A stretch of DNA of 64,000 nucleotides from Salpingoeca rosetta (taxonomy: Eukaryota; Protista; Choanoflagellata), in the NCBI GenBank assembly GCA_033442325.1, contig JAWQFM010000022.1, positions 310,001 through 374,000 on the forward strand, given 5' to 3'. The notes beneath the pieces were generated by a model. That model was given only the letters and a program-made list of their open reading frames with translations. It did no database searches and was not told the origin of the DNA. Position 1 is the stretch's first letter. Each line of letters starts with the position of its first letter. Below are positions 62,484 through 64,000 of the stretch, in pieces. A program made the translations under genes and the position numbers.

Positions 62484-63583
62484 ACACATGCACACACACA
62501 CACCCATGCACACACACACACACCCATGCACACACGCAACCATATACACACGCACAACCACTCACATGTGCATGCTCGTGCGCCTTCCTGCATGCAGGTG
62601 ACTCTATCACGGCGGGATTTGCCATGCAGGACGGCCCATTGGAGTACCGTGGCACGGTATACTCCACTGGCGGCGATGACGGCGCCTTCACCATCGGCAA
62701 CTTCCTCTCCCACTACAACCCGGACATCAAGGGCCGCGCCAAGGGTGAGACCATTCCCCTCACAAAGGCAGGCAAGGGCCTCAACTTTGCCGTGAGCGAA
62801 GCCCGTGTGCGGGATGTCCCTGGCCAGATTCAGCGCCTCTCTGCCAAGCTCAACTCCTCCGAGTACGCCGACGTCAAGGACAAGTGGAAGCTCCTCACCA
62901 TCTTCATTGGCGTATGTTGTCATGCTCTGTTGTCATGCTCTGTTGTACCCTCTGTTGTGCGGCTGTCGTGTGACTCGACCGCTGATTTGCTTCGCCAATT
63001 TGTGCCATACACGCATCCACCTATCACCAGACCCAGCCCGCAACCACTCCCAACCACATGCGCTCGCTCGTTCACATGGATCTTCAAGATTACACACACG
63101 CCCGCATGCACACTCATGCACACGCTCACGCTATTTTCCTTCCATAACAACACCCCCCCCCAACCACACACAGGCGAACGACATCTGCGAGTGCAAGAGC
63201 ATGACTGCAGATCAGTTCCGCACACAGCTGACCGAGGCGCTCACCATGGTTCACCAGACATTCCCCAAGACCTTTGTCAACATCATGACCATCTTCAACA
63301 TCTCCAACGTGTGGGACGTGAAGAAGGACCGGCTGTACTGCCAGGCCGCCGTGCCCATTCTGCACGAGTGCAGCTGCCTCGAGGCAAACGCGACCAACCG
63401 CCAGCGCATGGACGATCTTGGCATGGCCGTCAACCAGGTGCGAATGCGACGCGATGTGCTGTTGATGCCCATTGTCTCCATTGGACTTCAGCGCCTTGAC
63501 CATGGGTCATGCATGATGCCGCCAACACCACCACCACCACCACCACTCACGCGTTGGCCGCGAAACCCCCGGTTCTGTTTCGT

Positions 63584-63629
<46 letters not shown>

Positions 63630-63731
63630 TCACACAATCTCGCCTGCTCGCAGGTCACACGTGAGGTGGCTGCGAAGTTTGCGGCCCTGAAGGACCCGCA
63701 CTTCACGGTTGTTGTTCAGCCAGCTGTTGAG
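61803..63731 (+). CDS. PLB1: Phospholipase B1-like secreted SGNH/GDSL lipase (5' part; continues beyond the window)
   Basis: Exons 61803-61923, 62224-62298, 62598-62911, 63174-63437 and 63654-63731. Signal peptide, then VLHLKPGNIAAVMALG|DSITAGF (catalytic Ser block), LNFAVSEA, KWKLLTIFIG|ANDIC, PKTFVN, HECSC and FTVVVQP. Confidence 0.9.
62362..62444. repeat. 18-bp minisatellite (catccacacgtgYacaaa), 4-5 copies, intronic
   Basis: Direct tandem copies visible; each full copy contains CACGTG. Confidence 0.85.
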
Positions 63732-63849
63732 GTTAGCCTATAGTACCTAAATTTGCTCTACAATCTGTTTGGTTGCATGCGCTTTTGCAAATGTAACTCC
63801 CTCCTCCCTCACTTACTTCCTCTTACTCCCTCTTACTCCCTCTTACTCC

Positions 63850-64000
63850 CTCACTCACTCACTGACTCACTCGCTCACTCCCTCACTCACTCACTCACTC
63901 ACTCACTCACTCACTCACTCACTCACTCACTCACTCACTCACTCACTCACTCACTCACTCACTCACTCACTCACTCACTCACTCACTCACTCACTCCCTC
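63850..64000. repeat. (ACTC)n tetranucleotide repeat, intronic
   Basis: Long tcac/actc run to the end of the window. Confidence 0.95.

Overview
Gene-dense, intron-rich eukaryotic DNA in which almost every intron carries (CA)n/(TG)n microsatellites; there are three N-gaps. Composition and gene content suggest a choanoflagellate such as Salpingoeca (inference, not verified). Eleven complete and one partial protein-coding gene were reconstructed by hand with GT-AG splicing: a DIRC2/SLC49A4-like MFS transporter (-), a riboflavin synthase-lumazine synthase fusion (+), a coiled-coil/tandem-BRCT protein (-), an orphan coiled-coil protein (-), KATNAL2 (-), a degenerate dihydrouridine synthase fused to a TRMT10B-like tRNA methyltransferase (+), a class I Fe-S fumarase (-), a secreted GH38-like/DUF5054 hydrolase with a 4-Cys trefoil-like domain (+), a PHO80-type cyclin (-), a ~3,550-aa KMT2/MLL-like methyltransferase (+), a SETMAR-like SET protein (-) and the 5' part of a phospholipase B1-like lipase (+). 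The strongest novelty candidates are the pseudo-DUS-TRM10 fusion, the riboflavin/lumazine synthase fusion, and a nested-hairpin element in an intron at 10264-10473. Family comparisons use motifs recalled from memory; no database search was run.
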